A stretch of 62,745 nt of DNA, the filler included, from Trichosphaerium sp. ATCC 40318 (lineage: Eukaryota > Protista > Tubulinea): the NCBI GenBank assembly GCA_038496445.1. It is 3 parts of 3 records of this genome, joined end to end, with 100 filler letters (N's around TTAATTAATTAA, not from the genome) between each part and the next. Parts side by side here need not be neighbours in the genome. Positions count along the whole stretch, not along the records: positions 1 to 29,405 come from JALMLS010000439.1; positions 29,506 to 48,575 come from JALMLS010000347.1; 1 more part is not named here. One strand, written 5' to 3'. Below are positions 25,701 through 39,050 of the stretch, one piece after another. The stretch's first letter is position 1. Every line of letters starts with the position of its first letter. The notes under the pieces were generated by a model. It saw only the letters and a program-made list of their open reading frames with translations. It was not told the DNA's origin and searched no databases. A program made the translations under genes and the position numbers.

Positions 25701-26130
25701 TGCACCAATCATTCGGTTGTAGTGAACAACAAGTGCAACGCAGTTTTCTGCATTGTTGGCGATGCTCCTTTTGAGCCAAATGAAGAATAGGGTGATGACT
25801 CTATTGAACCTTGTTTTGATGATACAGATGACATACCAAACACAGTATTTTCACTTCAAAAGGATTCTTTGAATGGAAAGAGTATAACTCTATGTTCTAA
25901 AGGGTTCAATTCTTTTCCTTTAAGAACCCTCAGATTTTCTAAATCTGAAGCTTAATTCTGCTACTGTACGACGACCCTTACATGAAAGAAAGAACTGAAG
26001 AATACGATTTTATATAAGTGTAGTGAATTGTTGTCTTCAAAAATCTATCTTTGCCCAAGGCTTCACTTCTGATTTATTTTTCTTCGAAGAAAAAGTAACT
26101 AGTTTTTAAAAACAAGCAGTATTAATTATT

Positions 26131-26730
26131 TTACTTGTTATCTAACAACATTGCCAACCAATCAATACCTTCATACAATCCCTTACCATTTGCTGCACAA
26201 CTACCTTCAATGTGCCATTTTCTATCACTCAAAGATGTTTCCAAGCCCAGCTTTTCAGTCAGTTCAGAAGGTGTAATTGCATTTGGTAAATCTTGTTTAT
26301 TCGCCAGAATTAGAATGTATGATTCTTTTAATGCATCCACAGTAAGTACTCCAGCTAGTTCTTGTTGTGCTTCACAAAGACGATCTCTGTCGTTGCTGTC
26401 AATAACAAAAATAACACCGCTTGCTCCTTTATCTAACTCATTCTGCCATAGACGTCTTAGATCGTATCCTTTGCCTCCTAGATCAAAGGCGCTAAGCGTT
26501 ACATATCTGTTTGTTGCTATTTCTATGTTAAAACCTAGCGCTGGTGTTGTAGTTGTCATTTGACCAATGCGTAGCTTGTGAAGAAGCGTTGTCTTGCCTT
26601 ACTCGAATTACACTGTCAATATACGCTAAATACGCATAGTAATACCTGCATTATCCAATCCTACCATTATTACGCGATGTTTCTGGGGATAGCCAAATAT
26701 TTCTTGAAGCATACTGAATGACACTCCCAT
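26131..26730 (-). CDS. Arf-family small GTPase (one intron), atypical switch residues
   Basis: MGVSFS..MVGLDNAG|KTTLL, PALGFNIE, FDLGGK, FVIDSND, ANKQD, GSCAANGKGL. Confidence 0.92.
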
Positions 26731-27215
26731 TGTGCTTGTTGTAGTTTTATGTCTGTGGTATTTTGATTGAATTAGCTTTGTTTATTTGAAATATTGCGTT
26801 GCTGTTTAACTGAACTAAGCTCCAGTTAAACTTAAACTATTCCTATTTTCTCCTTAATATTAATATCCATGTATTGATTGTTCTCAATCAAGGAATCCCG
26901 CAAGTAGAACAATCCAACTTAAATTAACATAAGATACCAAGTCTTTTGTAGTCAATAATTGTTGCTGACGGATGATTGTTACTACCATCACCTTAGCATT
27001 TTATTAAAACTTGAGCTCTAGAACGTGGAGAGAAAGTAACTTAGCTTTTGTAGAACATCTTAAAGCTCCTCGTCCTGAGAAACAAATCTCACTTCAGAGG
27101 TGATAGCCAGTGCTTCTATATCCGAAATGGTTCTAATCTTTTTGTTCAGTTGTTTGTACTTATCAATTTTTTTACAAGTATTTTTTTATTTAATTTACAA
27201 ATCATGGCTAGTATT

Positions 27216-28950
27216 TAATCATCGTAATAATCTGGTACATAATCATCACCTTCTTCATCACTTTGACCGTCATCATATTCAGCGTCATCATCACCATCAA
27301 GGTCAAAATCAAATTCTTCCTCGTCATAAAAATCATCCTATTTCAACAAAAAGAAGTTAAAAACGACTCCTTCACGTCAAGCTTTGTTGATTTTTTTGAA
27401 ATCAAATATGTACCTCATCAAGATACATATCATTTACTTCATCAGCAAGTGTTTCAGGATTAACTGCAATCTCTGTTGACCGTTTTAAGCTCGCTTCGTA
27501 AAATTTTTTCATTTCTTCTTGTTCTTTGTTTAATCGTTCTTCACGTTCTTTTGCTTCTCTCTCTTCTTTAATCCTCTTTGCCTCTTCTTCCTCTCGTTTC
27601 CTTCGCGCTTCTTCGATTGGATCTACTGTCTGAGCACCACGCATCCTCTCCATCATTTCGCCCATACCACCCATACCACGCATGCTTCCACCCATCATAC
27701 CTCCTCCCATTCTTCCACCCATGCCACTCATGCCGCCCATTCGCCCCATGCGACCACCCATGCCGTGCATGCCACGCATACCGTGCATACCGCCCATACC
27801 ACCCATACGCCCCATACCACTCATGCCCATACCGTGCATGCCGTGCATGCCACCAAACTCATCAGCACGACGTTGTCTATCACGCATTGCACGGAAGCGT
27901 TCTTCCGCATCATCTGACGAATCGTCGCTACTATCATCTGCATCTGTGGTCGCAACTGTGCCCAAATCAACTGTATCTGGAGGCAAAGGCTTATTGACGG
28001 CCCGTACAGCAGCGGACTAAACGAGATAAGCACGAAAATCAATCCACAAACTTTTGGCGTAGTACGTACTAGGCGATGATGGAATATAGCTGCCAAGTCC
28101 ATAGGCCAATTTTTACCATCAACTGAATGCTCTACAGAAGGTTTAATTCGAAATGTAGGTAACGCTCACTGAAACAATTACGATTTAAATAAAAGCTTTT
28201 TGCTTGTTATCTGTATTGCACTTAAATAGCTTTGGTTTTGTTGTTGGCAATAAGTGTATCTCAGCAAAGTGGAGAGAAAAAGCAAAAAGCTCAATTGAAG
28301 CTCAAAAATGAAAGTTTTTTTTTTTTGGATGGCACGCTTGGTGTTATTCACGTAATGCAGTGTGAAGGCGAAAAACACTTTAAACGCGTCAAATGTCAGT
28401 TTGTTTAGGTGTTTACCGATAACAAGAGTCCTATCTTTTGTTATCTTTGCTTCTTCGATTGTTAGGTCGCTGTTTGTAAGCGCGTAACCCATTACATTGT
28501 ATTTATGACCGCTTTCACCCTTCTGTACAAAAAAAAATCAGAAATGGCCGTTAAAGGACTGATATGAGTTTAAATTGTGTTGCCAATAGGAACAAACAGT
28601 GTTTGTAAATATTGTAACCCGCCATTGCGTATAAATAACGTAAACGTACCTGTATTTTCATCCATATACGCACAGCACCTGGCCAGTCTTTGTCTTGGTA
28701 GAGTTTGTGTATTTCTCCAATTTTTGTCGTTGGAGCAACCTTCACAGTTGTTGGCGTGTCTTCAGCAGAAATACAGCCGCGTTTGTCACAAGCAGTACAA
28801 TAAATAGGAAATTCAACGGATCTGTAAGTACTGTAAGTCTAATCATTGCTCCACAACACAAAAAAGAGTATTTCAGAGACTGATTTTTAACGTTTAAACA
28901 GCTCCACACAACCAAATACATTTATTAACAAAAACGTACTCAGACGTCAT
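27216..28950 (-). CDS. Hypothetical multi-exon protein with Gly/Met-rich tract, charged helix and acidic tail
   Basis: ORF 27402-27986 (MGGMHG repeats, EEARRKREEE), upstream exons near 28551-28830 and 28420-28520, final acidic exon ..YYDD*; start approximate. Confidence 0.55.
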
Positions 28951-29405
28951 CAAAGAAGCACAAGATGCGTAGGGTATTATTTCTGGGTTCAGATAAGAGC
29001 ACAATACTTACAGTCAACTGTTTTCCCAGAACCTTAAATCTTTACTGATTAAGTTCAGAGGTCTTGCATTGTCCCAATTTGCATAAGTAACAAAACACGT
29101 CAGAAATATTTTGATGTACAAGCTACTACTTTTACTCCTTTTTTACAAAATGGTGACAAACACAATACAAAAACAAGGCGCCAACAATCAACGTTAAAGC
29201 ATTTTGCTTACTGAGGCGTTTCTAAGCCGAAGTCTATTAACGGCTTCTCTGTACTTGTTGTAGGTTCTATAGGTAGCACTGAAGCATCATCTTCGTCTGT
29301 GGACGTTGCATAATTACCATCACTTCGAGGTGTCAAGACGATATCTCAACAGGCGTGTGTTCTTTAAAAATTGTTTCTACCATCGCATCACCATCACTCA
29401 CGTCA

Positions 29406-29505
29406 NNNNNNNNNNNNNNNNNNNNNNNNNNNNNNNNNNNNNNNNNNNNTTAATTAATTAANNNNNNNNNNNNNNNNNNNNNNNNNNNNNNNNNNNNNNN
29501 NNNNN
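29406..29505. other. Assembly gap with artificial TTAATTAATTAA all-frame-stop linker
   Basis: N44-TTAATTAATTAA-N44. Confidence 0.98.
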
Positions 29506-30025
29506 GAGTACAGAGTCGTTCTAGGAGATGGTGTAAACGTACAGATAATAGAATGTACATTCGAAACTGCCACTTTTGATGGTACGGAACATTAGGTTTT
29601 TTTCTTACAGCCTTCATTTCATTAGTTTGCTTACCAACTGTTTAAGAATTTACTATCCTCGAAAACACGCTCGGCGTAGAGGTAACAAACACAGAGAATT
29701 CATTCAGGTTTGTGTTTTTATTTCTTTACTCACATGCTCTTAAAGTTGTTCAAGCTAATGGTTTTTTTTGTAGAGCAGAAGTGCCTTCTCAACTTGAAGG
29801 TGCTCCAGATATTGTACTCAGAATTCAATATGGCGAACCACAACCTAACATGGGGAATGTGAACCTGTCAGGTATATTTTTTCTTAAATCCTACTTACTT
29901 TGTTCAATCTCTAACCACGCGATTAGAAGAAGGTTAGCACGTAAAAGAGCACAGAGAATTGCACTCTTTTCCCAATAAACCACTTTTCCTTTCAATTATG
30001 TCACTTTTACGGTAAATTCATAGCT
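29506..30025 (+). CDS. 3' exons of an unknown gene truncated by the gap
   Basis: Short coding-like exons (..AEVPSQLEGAPDIVLRIQYGEP..) separated by GT-AG introns. Confidence 0.4.
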
Positions 30026-30459
30026 TCGCTAAAATGAGGGCAAAGTTGCCTTTCAACTTTGTATTGCTATACTTAGTTAGCCGCACATACATGTAAAACT
30101 CTCGGGTTAGCTTTATGGGTAATGTCGAGGCTCAATCAAATACTGTTTCTTATTGATTCAAACCTCAAGCTGAATCTCAGATTATAAGCACGTGCACAAG
30201 TCTTAGGGACAATTTCCCATTCGGTTATACGTGGGTTGTACCTTTAACTACCATTGCCACAAACTAAGTAGCAACACTTTATAAAGAAGTGGCTATGATG
30301 AACGTCAAGAGGTTTACTTAGGGCTGGCAAATGATTTTAAGTCAACTTTTTCTCAAAAGCATTTTTTTACTATTCAACGCACTGTATATACTAGTAAACC
30401 AAGGGAGATATCTTTACATTGCTTCTCCAAGCGAAAAACCACGTCAAAGGGCCCTCTGA

Positions 30460-31084
30460 ATGGAAAAAGAAGAAATAAACGCTGTAAAACCAGTATCCAA
30501 ACCAAAGAGAAAGCGTTCCAAGCGCCCAAAGCAAAAAAAGAGGCGAAAACTCAATAATGTCGCTATAAGACGTACATCTTATTTAATACAAGCTGCTGAC
30601 CTTGTAGCGGATTCAAATCCAGAGTTAGCACGATACTATGCCTACACAAATAAAAAAGTAGCAAAAAAGGTCCCAAACGACTTCAGACTGTACGCAAACG
30701 CATAAAACATCAATTTCAACTAATTTAAACAAGTGGAGCTGATGTAAAAGCCAATATATGCCGTTACTGCCATGCAGTGCTAATTTCAGGCGTAAACAAA
30801 CAAACTAGAATGAAAGGTAACGCAAAAAAAACACACCAGGAAATCATAAAAGAGAGTCGGTTAACCGTTCAAATATTTAGCTCAAAGAGAGACACATGTT
30901 GTCGTTACTTGCACAGAATGTGGGGCGTTACAACAACGTAGAATGGTTAAACGTCCTAAACCTAGAGTAAGACGTACAGATATACAAATAGAGGAGACAG
31001 TACGTCAAGAAATCATTCATTTAATATGCACGTGTGCTAATCGGTTCTTTCCCAAAAAAGACTGTAGAAAATTATCAAACGTAA
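30460..31084 (+). CDS. RPP21: RNase P/MRP subunit, Rpr2/Rpp21/SNM1 family
   Basis: RTSYLIQAA..LARYYAYTNKKVAKK, KANICRYCHAVLISG, HVVVTCTECG zinc ribbon across introns. Confidence 0.85.
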
Positions 31085-31347
31085 CCCTCTTATTGTTGGT
31101 ACTACGACCATAGACGATGTAGATCTTGTAAAATACTTTTCAACGTGACAGTTTCACAAACAGCTAACGGACCAAACATACACATCGCAGTTCGAGATGT
31201 GATACATTTGTAAGCTTTAACATAAATACTCAGGTTTTTGTATCTTTATGTTGTGTACGCCTTATACCTTCTGTTATTGTGGTGAGCACAACAATAAACG
31301 TGAGGCTACAACCTGATGATATCTTATTGTATAGTAGTTTATTATTG

Positions 31348-34300
31348 TTACGCAGCCTCATACATTGGTTTATATCCGTCCGGTACTTCATACCTATAAT
31401 TTAATAAGAATATCAACAGGTTCGTTGGACAGTTTGCATCAACGCACCTAAACCCATCCACACCAAAATTCGCTGTGCAAGCCTGGGCTATTTCAAGGGA
31501 AAATGCTGGTGCTAGACCTCCTTCTGGTACCTCAAATCCTACAAATTTATCCGCTAGCCAAGCCTAAAAGGCATCATTAGTTAGCATTCAACCAAAAACA
31601 AAATCGTTCAAAAAACCCCGAAAACATACTCCTCCGTTAAGACAGAATCTCATCCGTGTGGGTGTCTATTATACATATAAGAAATAATAATCATGCATAA
31701 TACTAGATTAACTTACCGAATCTAGGTCTAGGCAACATTGGAGAGTCATTCCTTTGCTCCACTTTGGCATTTCGTCCAAATCTTAGAAAACCAATTAATT
31801 TTAAAATGTTGTTGTTTTGGTTTACCATAGAAAGGAACACGCTTCTTTCCAGCATGCCAGTAAACACGTCTGTATAAATCAATAGCCCATGATAATTCAT
31901 CATCTCCAATTCCAGAACCATGCTAGTACGGAAAGGTTAGATAGCTTTCCAGACAAAACAAGCATAAAATAGTAATTTACCTTGTAATCTAACAAACAAT
32001 TGGGTGATGCCCAACCAACTTGCATTAGTCTGCTTGTGATAAATGTCACTTCATAATACCATTTACCTATAGAACTATTAAGTCAAATATCATGATGCCT
32101 ATACGCACCAGTAGTTACAAAGCAATCAGCAATACAACTATCAAAAGCACAGAATCGATTAACTACGGTTAAACCATCCTACAAAAAAAAGTTAGCCTTT
32201 CGTTTTTACTTACCCACATCACGTGCAAAACACGTATAAAGCACGTGCTTTGTACATGTTTTTTGTTTTCTTTTAATGTGTTATTAATACGTACAGGGCA
32301 TGTTAAGCTCCAGGAGTTATATACTTTAAGTTTTTAAAAGAACCTCTAGACATTTTGATTTTGCCTTTTGCAAAAAAATTAGTGAAAAGAAAAATCGGAC
32401 AAAGGCATTTGTCTTGTATGATAGAATATCCGATAACAAGAAATACTAAGAAAAATAGTTTTATAGTTCTTTGATTGGTCGTAGTTCATTATTATGGGGA
32501 AAGGGACTGTAATAGATACAAGACACAGATTTGTTCCAAAAAAGAAAAAACTTGACAATAACCAGGAGTTGTACCTGAAATAGTCTGTTGTGCACAAGAT
32601 AATAGTAAACCATTCAAATGGCTTTGATTGGTCGAATTTTGGGAGATCTTTCAGTTGTTCCGCAAAAGTCATATGTGATGCAGATGTTGTTTTTGCTAAT
32701 TTCTCAAGCTCTCCTCTATGGTCACGCATTACTGCTTCTATGATAGAAGGTCACAACAAACTCAATACAGTATAAAATCATGTAATACTTACCGTTCCTA
32801 GATAGAGCAACAAGAGCGTTGATAAGGTACCCAACAGCCTTTTTAGTAATATCACATTTAGCACGAAGAATATCTTTGAATACAGAGAACAGATTTTGAC
32901 CAATCAAGTACTCCACAGCTTGTGGTTCAAAACAAAGTGTCATTACTGTAAGAGCAATAACACTTAAGCATAATTTATCAGGTGCATTATATAGATAATC
33001 ACAGGCAAGATCCCATACTGACGAAAGAGATTTGGCTAGAAAAAAAGTAAGAACTAAAAAAACCAAGCAATAGCTTGAATCATTCAACCTCTTACACCCA
33101 TTAAATTGTTTTTATCATTAAAATTAGCGTAAGATCGTATTATGTGGGGTGGGAGGGAAAAAAGTGAAGAGAATTTGAATGATTTGAGTTGTGTCAAGAA
33201 AACCAAAACCGTACCATCTTGGCTAAGAACACACATAGTACGTGAATAAAATTTAGTCATTTGCTGTGAAAGTTCAATCTTAGTATAGTATTGCATAATG
33301 TACTTAGCAGTACGACATTTACGTAGTGCCATATAGAAAGATTCAGAGTCAATTGCTCCTAAGGGTCATAAAGTTAGCCAAAACAAAATCAAAAAACGAA
33401 AAAAATGTACCTTCATTTGTATAAAATCTACTAAATATGCATGCCGTCCAATATGTCGTATCATTGTGTCTGTGGAATTTCTCAGCATGCTGCATATCCT
33501 TTTCGAATATACCAGTGAGCAAACCAATACCACCAGCATTAAGTAGAGCATTGGAACCTTCTAAAGGAACAGTCAAAAAAAAACGTGCTTCCAAAAAACT
33601 GTTTTTTCAATTACCAGTACTGGAAGATACTACCAAGCGTAGCAAACATAACACCTCTTCAAAGCTGTCCGCATCTCTACGGATCCTTATAGCTTTATGA
33701 AATATGTCAATAATGCCTTTACTAATCAAGCCATTGCACACACTTGCTAAAGATAAAGTAAGCCTGTAAACGGTTTCTTTTTGTGTACTTTTCACATGTT
33801 TATTGTATGCATAAATCAAGTGCTTTAAACACTCTGATGTTGATTGCATTAACTCCGGTTCATTAATACTATCTTTAATATGCTCAAATAGAGTACTTTC
33901 AAACTGCATAGAGGCAAGGAGATGCTCTAAAATGTAGTTTAAAAAAAAAGAGGGATAGTTGTTTATTACTTACCACTGTCTTCTCCACCACGGTCAGAGT
34001 AAGCCTCAAATAATCTTGCCATGGCTTCAAAAGAGTCATTAAAGCATCTACTTCGTAATTCTTTGTTTGAGACATTATCTTTCCGAGCTTTTCGCGCAGT
34101 TTTGTATCCATGCCCAAAGCTATTAAAAAACGAGATTAGTTAGCACTTTTTCTGTAAAGATGCACCTTCTTCGCATTTATCAAAATCTTCCTTAGAAGAA
34201 ACGGCGTTACCACTAATCAAGAAAGCAGAACAAGATGCTAGAGTATGTATACATGAAGCTGCCATTATAGGATCTTCTCCATGGGCTTCCAGTAACTTCC

Positions 34301-35694
34301 AGTTCTGTAGGATAACTACAACATATTTGAGCAAACAAAGTGAAGAGATAACGTACACTTATCGAAAGAACCTGACCATTCTGACATATTAACAAGTAAA
34401 TTACATTCCTTACACCCATCTTTTAGATCAACAGGGATAAGCAGCTAAGACGTATTAGTAGGAAAGCAAAAAAAAAGCAAGAAAATATCAGCTAAAAAAA
34501 AAATCCTAAAAAACTAATAGAGAAAAGTACAAAGGTCTGGCTGTTTAACGTTTTGCCTGTAGTTTTCTTTGAATATTAAAATAGCGCACCGTTGAATTCA
34601 CAATTTTTAACCCACAGCCAGAGTTAACAGTAATACCACCATTGCCAGTTCGCTTATTTTCTTCAAGCAATGTATTGGTGAATACAACTTTGCCACTTTT
34701 GACTTCAACCTGACTAATAGATCCATTTGCCATATACGCAATAGCAGATGGATCTTTTAGTTCAATAGTAATCAAACCTTTCCATCCTTGCAAAATATAC
34801 CTCTTGTGTTGTGCTGTTATAAGAAAAAAAAAAGATTAGATATTAAGTCGCATGACAACTTAAGAGTTTGCCTTGTACGTACCTATACAACGTGAAATTC
34901 CAGAGCTTATATGCACAGCTTTATTTATAACTATATGATCTTCTGTATCTATGTCGTAGAAATGTCAGAATGTATTAGGAACAGACGGAACAAAAAAGAA
35001 AACAAGAAGTACGTTTCCAAAGTCCTAAGTTGTGTGCCACGTGTATGTAATCGCCATCATGTGCGTATTCCACTGCTTCATTAAGTGTTTTAAATATTCT
35101 CTTTTTTCTTATAGCTTGGTGGGGATGTGGCTGTTCATTAGGATCCCACACATCACTTTCATCCCAGTCTTCTGTTTCACTGCAAACAATAGTATGTGTT
35201 GCCTACCACAAATTCATGTTTTTTAGAAATAACCAACTCAACTAGAACTAAAAGTATTGTTTTTCGCTGTACTGACGTACCAATGTACGATATATGTACT
35301 GTGGTGAGAATTTCGGGCGGTAGTATTGAATACCATAGAACCAAATGCGTTGAATGAGTTCTGCCTTTGTTATGAGTGCTCTATCAGCGACAAACCTGTC
35401 TTTTCTAATAATAATAATTAGAATGATCAGTTATACTGTCATAGTCGCTTACGGAGTCTCTTGGTCCTTTGGAAGGTATTTAATATAGCTATCACACAGT
35501 TCTTGCCAAATTTCGTCCGTGTTCGCAATATCGCGCCACAATTGGCATGTTCTTATACTAGCTACTAGTGACTTGCCATCCATGCACTTAAATATAGCAA
35601 GCTACAAAAATTAGCATTTTCTGTCTTCTATGTACAAAATACGTACTAAAATCTCCTGTGGTAGGTCAGTTATCTCCCAATCTGACGATTCCAT
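31348..35694 (-). CDS. F-box protein with beta-helix-like segment, ARM-like repeats and C-terminal SPRY domain (many exons)
   Basis: N-term ITDLPQEIL..RTCQLWRDIA..IWQELC; GNGGITVNSGCGLKIVNST; helical repeats; SPRY KWYYEV..MQVGWA..GIGDDELSWAID..LAPAFSL..ANFG..YEVPDGYKP. Confidence 0.8.
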
Positions 35695-35935
35695 GTCAGT
35701 TATACTTATTTTCGATCCTCGTAGCATGAAAAAAGAAGAAGATAAATAGATTAAGTCAGAAAAAAAACTATTTCAAGTCAAGAACTACATTTTTCTCGTT
35801 CGAAAAATAAGTCAACACCCATCCACAGTCATGTATGAGCAATGTACAATATGATGTAAAGATTGATATGGCAGTAAAATGAGATCTCAAGGTAGACTTC
35901 TTTTTATTCTTTTTGTTGAAAGAAATGTAGAAAAC

Positions 35936-37362
35936 TCACAAATTTTCGTCTGCGCTATCAGAAGATAATTCTTGTGGAATGTCTCTTACATCATCAACAT
36001 TAGCGATAAGTGTTCTATCACCTTTGGTATCATCTCCACGGATAAAAGCTAGAAAGCGCAATACAACACATACAAGTCCCGTAATACCTGAAAGAACGCC
36101 CAAGGTCAAAGCCATAAAGAAGATGATTTTGTACTCGAATTGCTTAATGCTGATTGCAATGAGAGCCCAGCATACAACAAAGGCATAAGCTGCATCTCTC
36201 CTAAATACAACCATTGAAATCGTTGCAATAGCAATTACAACGAACAAAGCAATAGCTTGACCTTCAAGCCAAAATCCACGAATTTGGGACTTGTCAAGAA
36301 CTAAGAAAAAATTATTTGGCAAGAAAAACAAACATTGCAAATAGTGCTGTATTAGCTCATGGTAAACACGTCGAAATAACCTTAACATTACCTCTCAACG
36401 TTTTCGAGGAACGTGAAAGAGGTGTAAGGGATATCTCTGAGCGTGTTATGCAAAAAGAAAAGAAAAGAAAAGTGTGAAAAAAAAAAAAAGTTGAGCGTAC
36501 TTGTGTAAAAACATATTGCTAGATTAGCACATGATGCTACAGATAACCATCCAAAGTAAACTGAGAATGGCAATTCGACTGTAAGAAGTCTAATAATTTG
36601 CTCTCTCTTACTCTTACCATAAGGGTACTTGTGCTCATCTGTCAAAGGCATCAGTAAAAAACAATTCGAGAAAAAAAAACTGATAATAAAATTCCTTAAG
36701 AGGCCGTGAACGGAGTTGTTCATCTCCAAAAGGGTTTTCTCATGCGAATTTACAACCGCATGTATTACTCCGAGCCGTAATAATGGTATTTTTATAAAAA
36801 TGTACTAAAAACGTACCTGATCTCCCACCAATATCTAGACGGTGGTATATCATGGCGACGGAGAAAAGGGCAATCAAGATAATGACGAACGCAGCCCAAA
36901 GTTTTTGATAGTTGAATGCAACGGACCTGTTAGTTATTGTGAGTTTAATTTATGCGTATTCCAATACCTACCATACACCTACAGACAAATTAGAGATTTT
37001 GGTATCAAAAACGGTTATTTACCATTTGCTAGGCCATTCACCAGGATCCAGATGGATACTTTGTCCACTAAACCGTTCTTGTCCGCGTTACGAGGGAAAA
37101 GTTGATAAATAGCGAAAATCATAAGCCCAATGAATATTACTAGCCATATGCTAAACGCATAGCCAGCAGGAGTTATTCTAAGAGGTTTTTAACAGTTTGC
37201 TTGGTTTCGAGTTCGTATGATGTACCTTGTGTCGTACAACGCTGATACCTTAGCATTGGTAGTATTGTTCCAGCCAATGGTAGAGCTTAGCGCGTTCATA
37301 ACAATCATGAACAAAACAGCGCCAAGATTGCAGATTTGTAGTAAAAGCAAGCGTAGATTCAT
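35936..37362 (-). CDS. TspO/MBR-like multi-pass membrane protein
   Basis: VSALYDT|ITPAGYAFSIWLVIF, LPFSVYFGWLSVASCANLA, DAAYAFVVCWALIAI. Confidence 0.8.
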
Positions 37363-37960
37363 TGTTGAAGTCAAAAATCAAGCGTAAACACCAAAAAGCG
37401 CACAACAAAAAAGTTCCAGTTTTCAAGTCAAATTCCGTCAGTCCGTTACACAGGGTGGTTCAAAAAGGCGTCAATTCCATTTCCTTAGTAAAATAGTTAC
37501 AGAGCTAACTGCTGCTCTTGAGCATTGACACTAGGAAAAACAAAATTTTCTCAATTTCTTTGCATGCTACACGTGGTTTGTGCATCTTTTTTGGTGAATT
37601 TATTGTATACAAACAAACTTCGCTTTTTCCATTACGGAAGTAGTCAATTGAAGAGAATTTTCTCCCAGTTGCTACAGTATGACCAATCTTCAAACTCTAA
37701 ACGAACCATCCGTATTGGAAAAGTAAGCTCTAACATTTGGTCTGCGGATGCAGACCCGTTCTTCTCACTAATTTGAGACGCTTCAGAATTCTTTACAGTC
37801 AAATTCCTTTTGGAGCAAATATCGAAGTATCGTACAATATTTTTGCGAAATACAGAGTAACTACGGACGAGTTATCTCCGTAGAAGTAAGTAATGCGCTA
37901 TACATAACCAAAATACGTTTAAGGATATTGTTTATTTAAAGAAGAACAAGAAAACAAAGT

Positions 37961-38779
37961 TTATCTTAAACAAAGAATTTGGAGAAGAGTGTCTCCGGCA
38001 GAAACATTATTTTCTTTCATGGTCTTCTCGTTCACTAGCTTGACATCCTTCCCATACAATGAAAGTTGGGTAGTGGGTATGCCTTCTGAGTCGTTAATTT
38101 TAACGAGTAGGACATCAAGGGCGTCATCGGCAACGTAAGGGTAAAAAGAAGTACTGAAAGTTAGAGTCTCAATACAAATATAATTTGGAGGAGTGAGTCC
38201 TAATTCTTGTAAAAGTTCAGGGTCCGTGGTGTCTTTGAATTCTTTTACAAAGTCATCAATACTCACCCCAGTTATATCTTTACCACCAGCAATAAAACTG
38301 AGAAGTTGAGCTCCACTGGCATCCAAGGAATCGGTTTTTCCACTATTTGCAACTTTGTAGAATATTTGAAGACGTGTCGATAAATCACGTGATTTTGCTA
38401 AATCGCACATGTGAATGAATTCACCCAAATCAACAAAACCGTTTCCATCATCATCTAAAGCCTTGAATATCTGTTCAATATCTCCAAGCTTCTTTCTCTT
38501 CAAAGTGCGTTTTAACCTGAGAAAAGGCATAATACCGATTATATTATCTAGACTTATTTTTTTTCTTCCTCTTTCGCTACCAATAGTATATTCATTCTGA
38601 TCTACAAGTTTTCCGAGAGTTTCGCATGTCAAAACGGCTATTTTGCCTTTCTTCTTACTATGATCTGCAAAAGTAGCTTTAAGAGACCCTACTTCTCCCA
38701 GACTAAGGTTTTCTACGTCTAGACTTGATAGAGAAGCGTTCTCGCTTGCTTGTACTTTGCCGCCTTGCTTGTTGCCCAT
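37961..38779 (-). CDS. Myristoylated EF-hand protein with C-terminal ubiquitin-like domain, intronless
   Basis: MGNKQG; EF loop DDDGNGFVDLGE; C-term IETLTF..KINDSEGIPTTQLSLYGKDVKLVNEKTMKENNVSAGDTLLQILCLR. Confidence 0.8.
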   Translation of the reverse strand: MGNKQGGKVQASENASLSSLDVENLSLGEVGSLKATFADHSKKKGKIAVLTCETLGKLVDQNEYTIGSERGRKKISLDNIIGIMPFLRLKRTLKRKKLGDIEQIFKALDDDGNGFVDLGEFIHMCDLAKSRDLSTRLQIFYKVANSGKTDSLDASGAQLLSFIAGGKDITGVSIDDFVKEFKDTTDPELLQELGLTPPNYICIETLTFSTSFYPYVADDALDVLLVKINDSEGIPTTQLSLYGKDVKLVNEKTMKENNVSAGDTLLQILCLR

Positions 38780-39050
38780 TGTTGGTTAGATATATTTAAA
38801 TGGAAAGCGAGACAGCAACGTCAAAAAATGCGAGTTTTCTCAAACCTGGAACTATTTCGGGTTTCGTATACCTGTCAATGTTATGATGCAGATTTATTAT
38901 CAAAGCGTGTTTATTAAGAATTACGACAATTACAAAAGTTACAAAGCGAGAAATAATATTGTGGTATTTGATTCAGTGAAAGAGAAAAGGGACTTCGCTG
39001 AAGATATGAATCTTAAGTTAGGTACAACTTAACATTCCTCCTTGTCTAGA

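Noticed and set aside
23100-25900. Decayed coding-like sequence and a small UUCG hairpin near 25360
   Set aside because: No continuous frame, recognisable domain or RNA family motif that I can support.
27578-28020. Pro/Met- and His-rich plus-strand ORFs
   Set aside because: Antisense shadows of the Gly/Met-rich minus-strand exon.
29406-29505. TTAATTAATTAA palindrome within N runs (also 48576-48675)
   Set aside because: Identical artificial scaffold linker, not biological.
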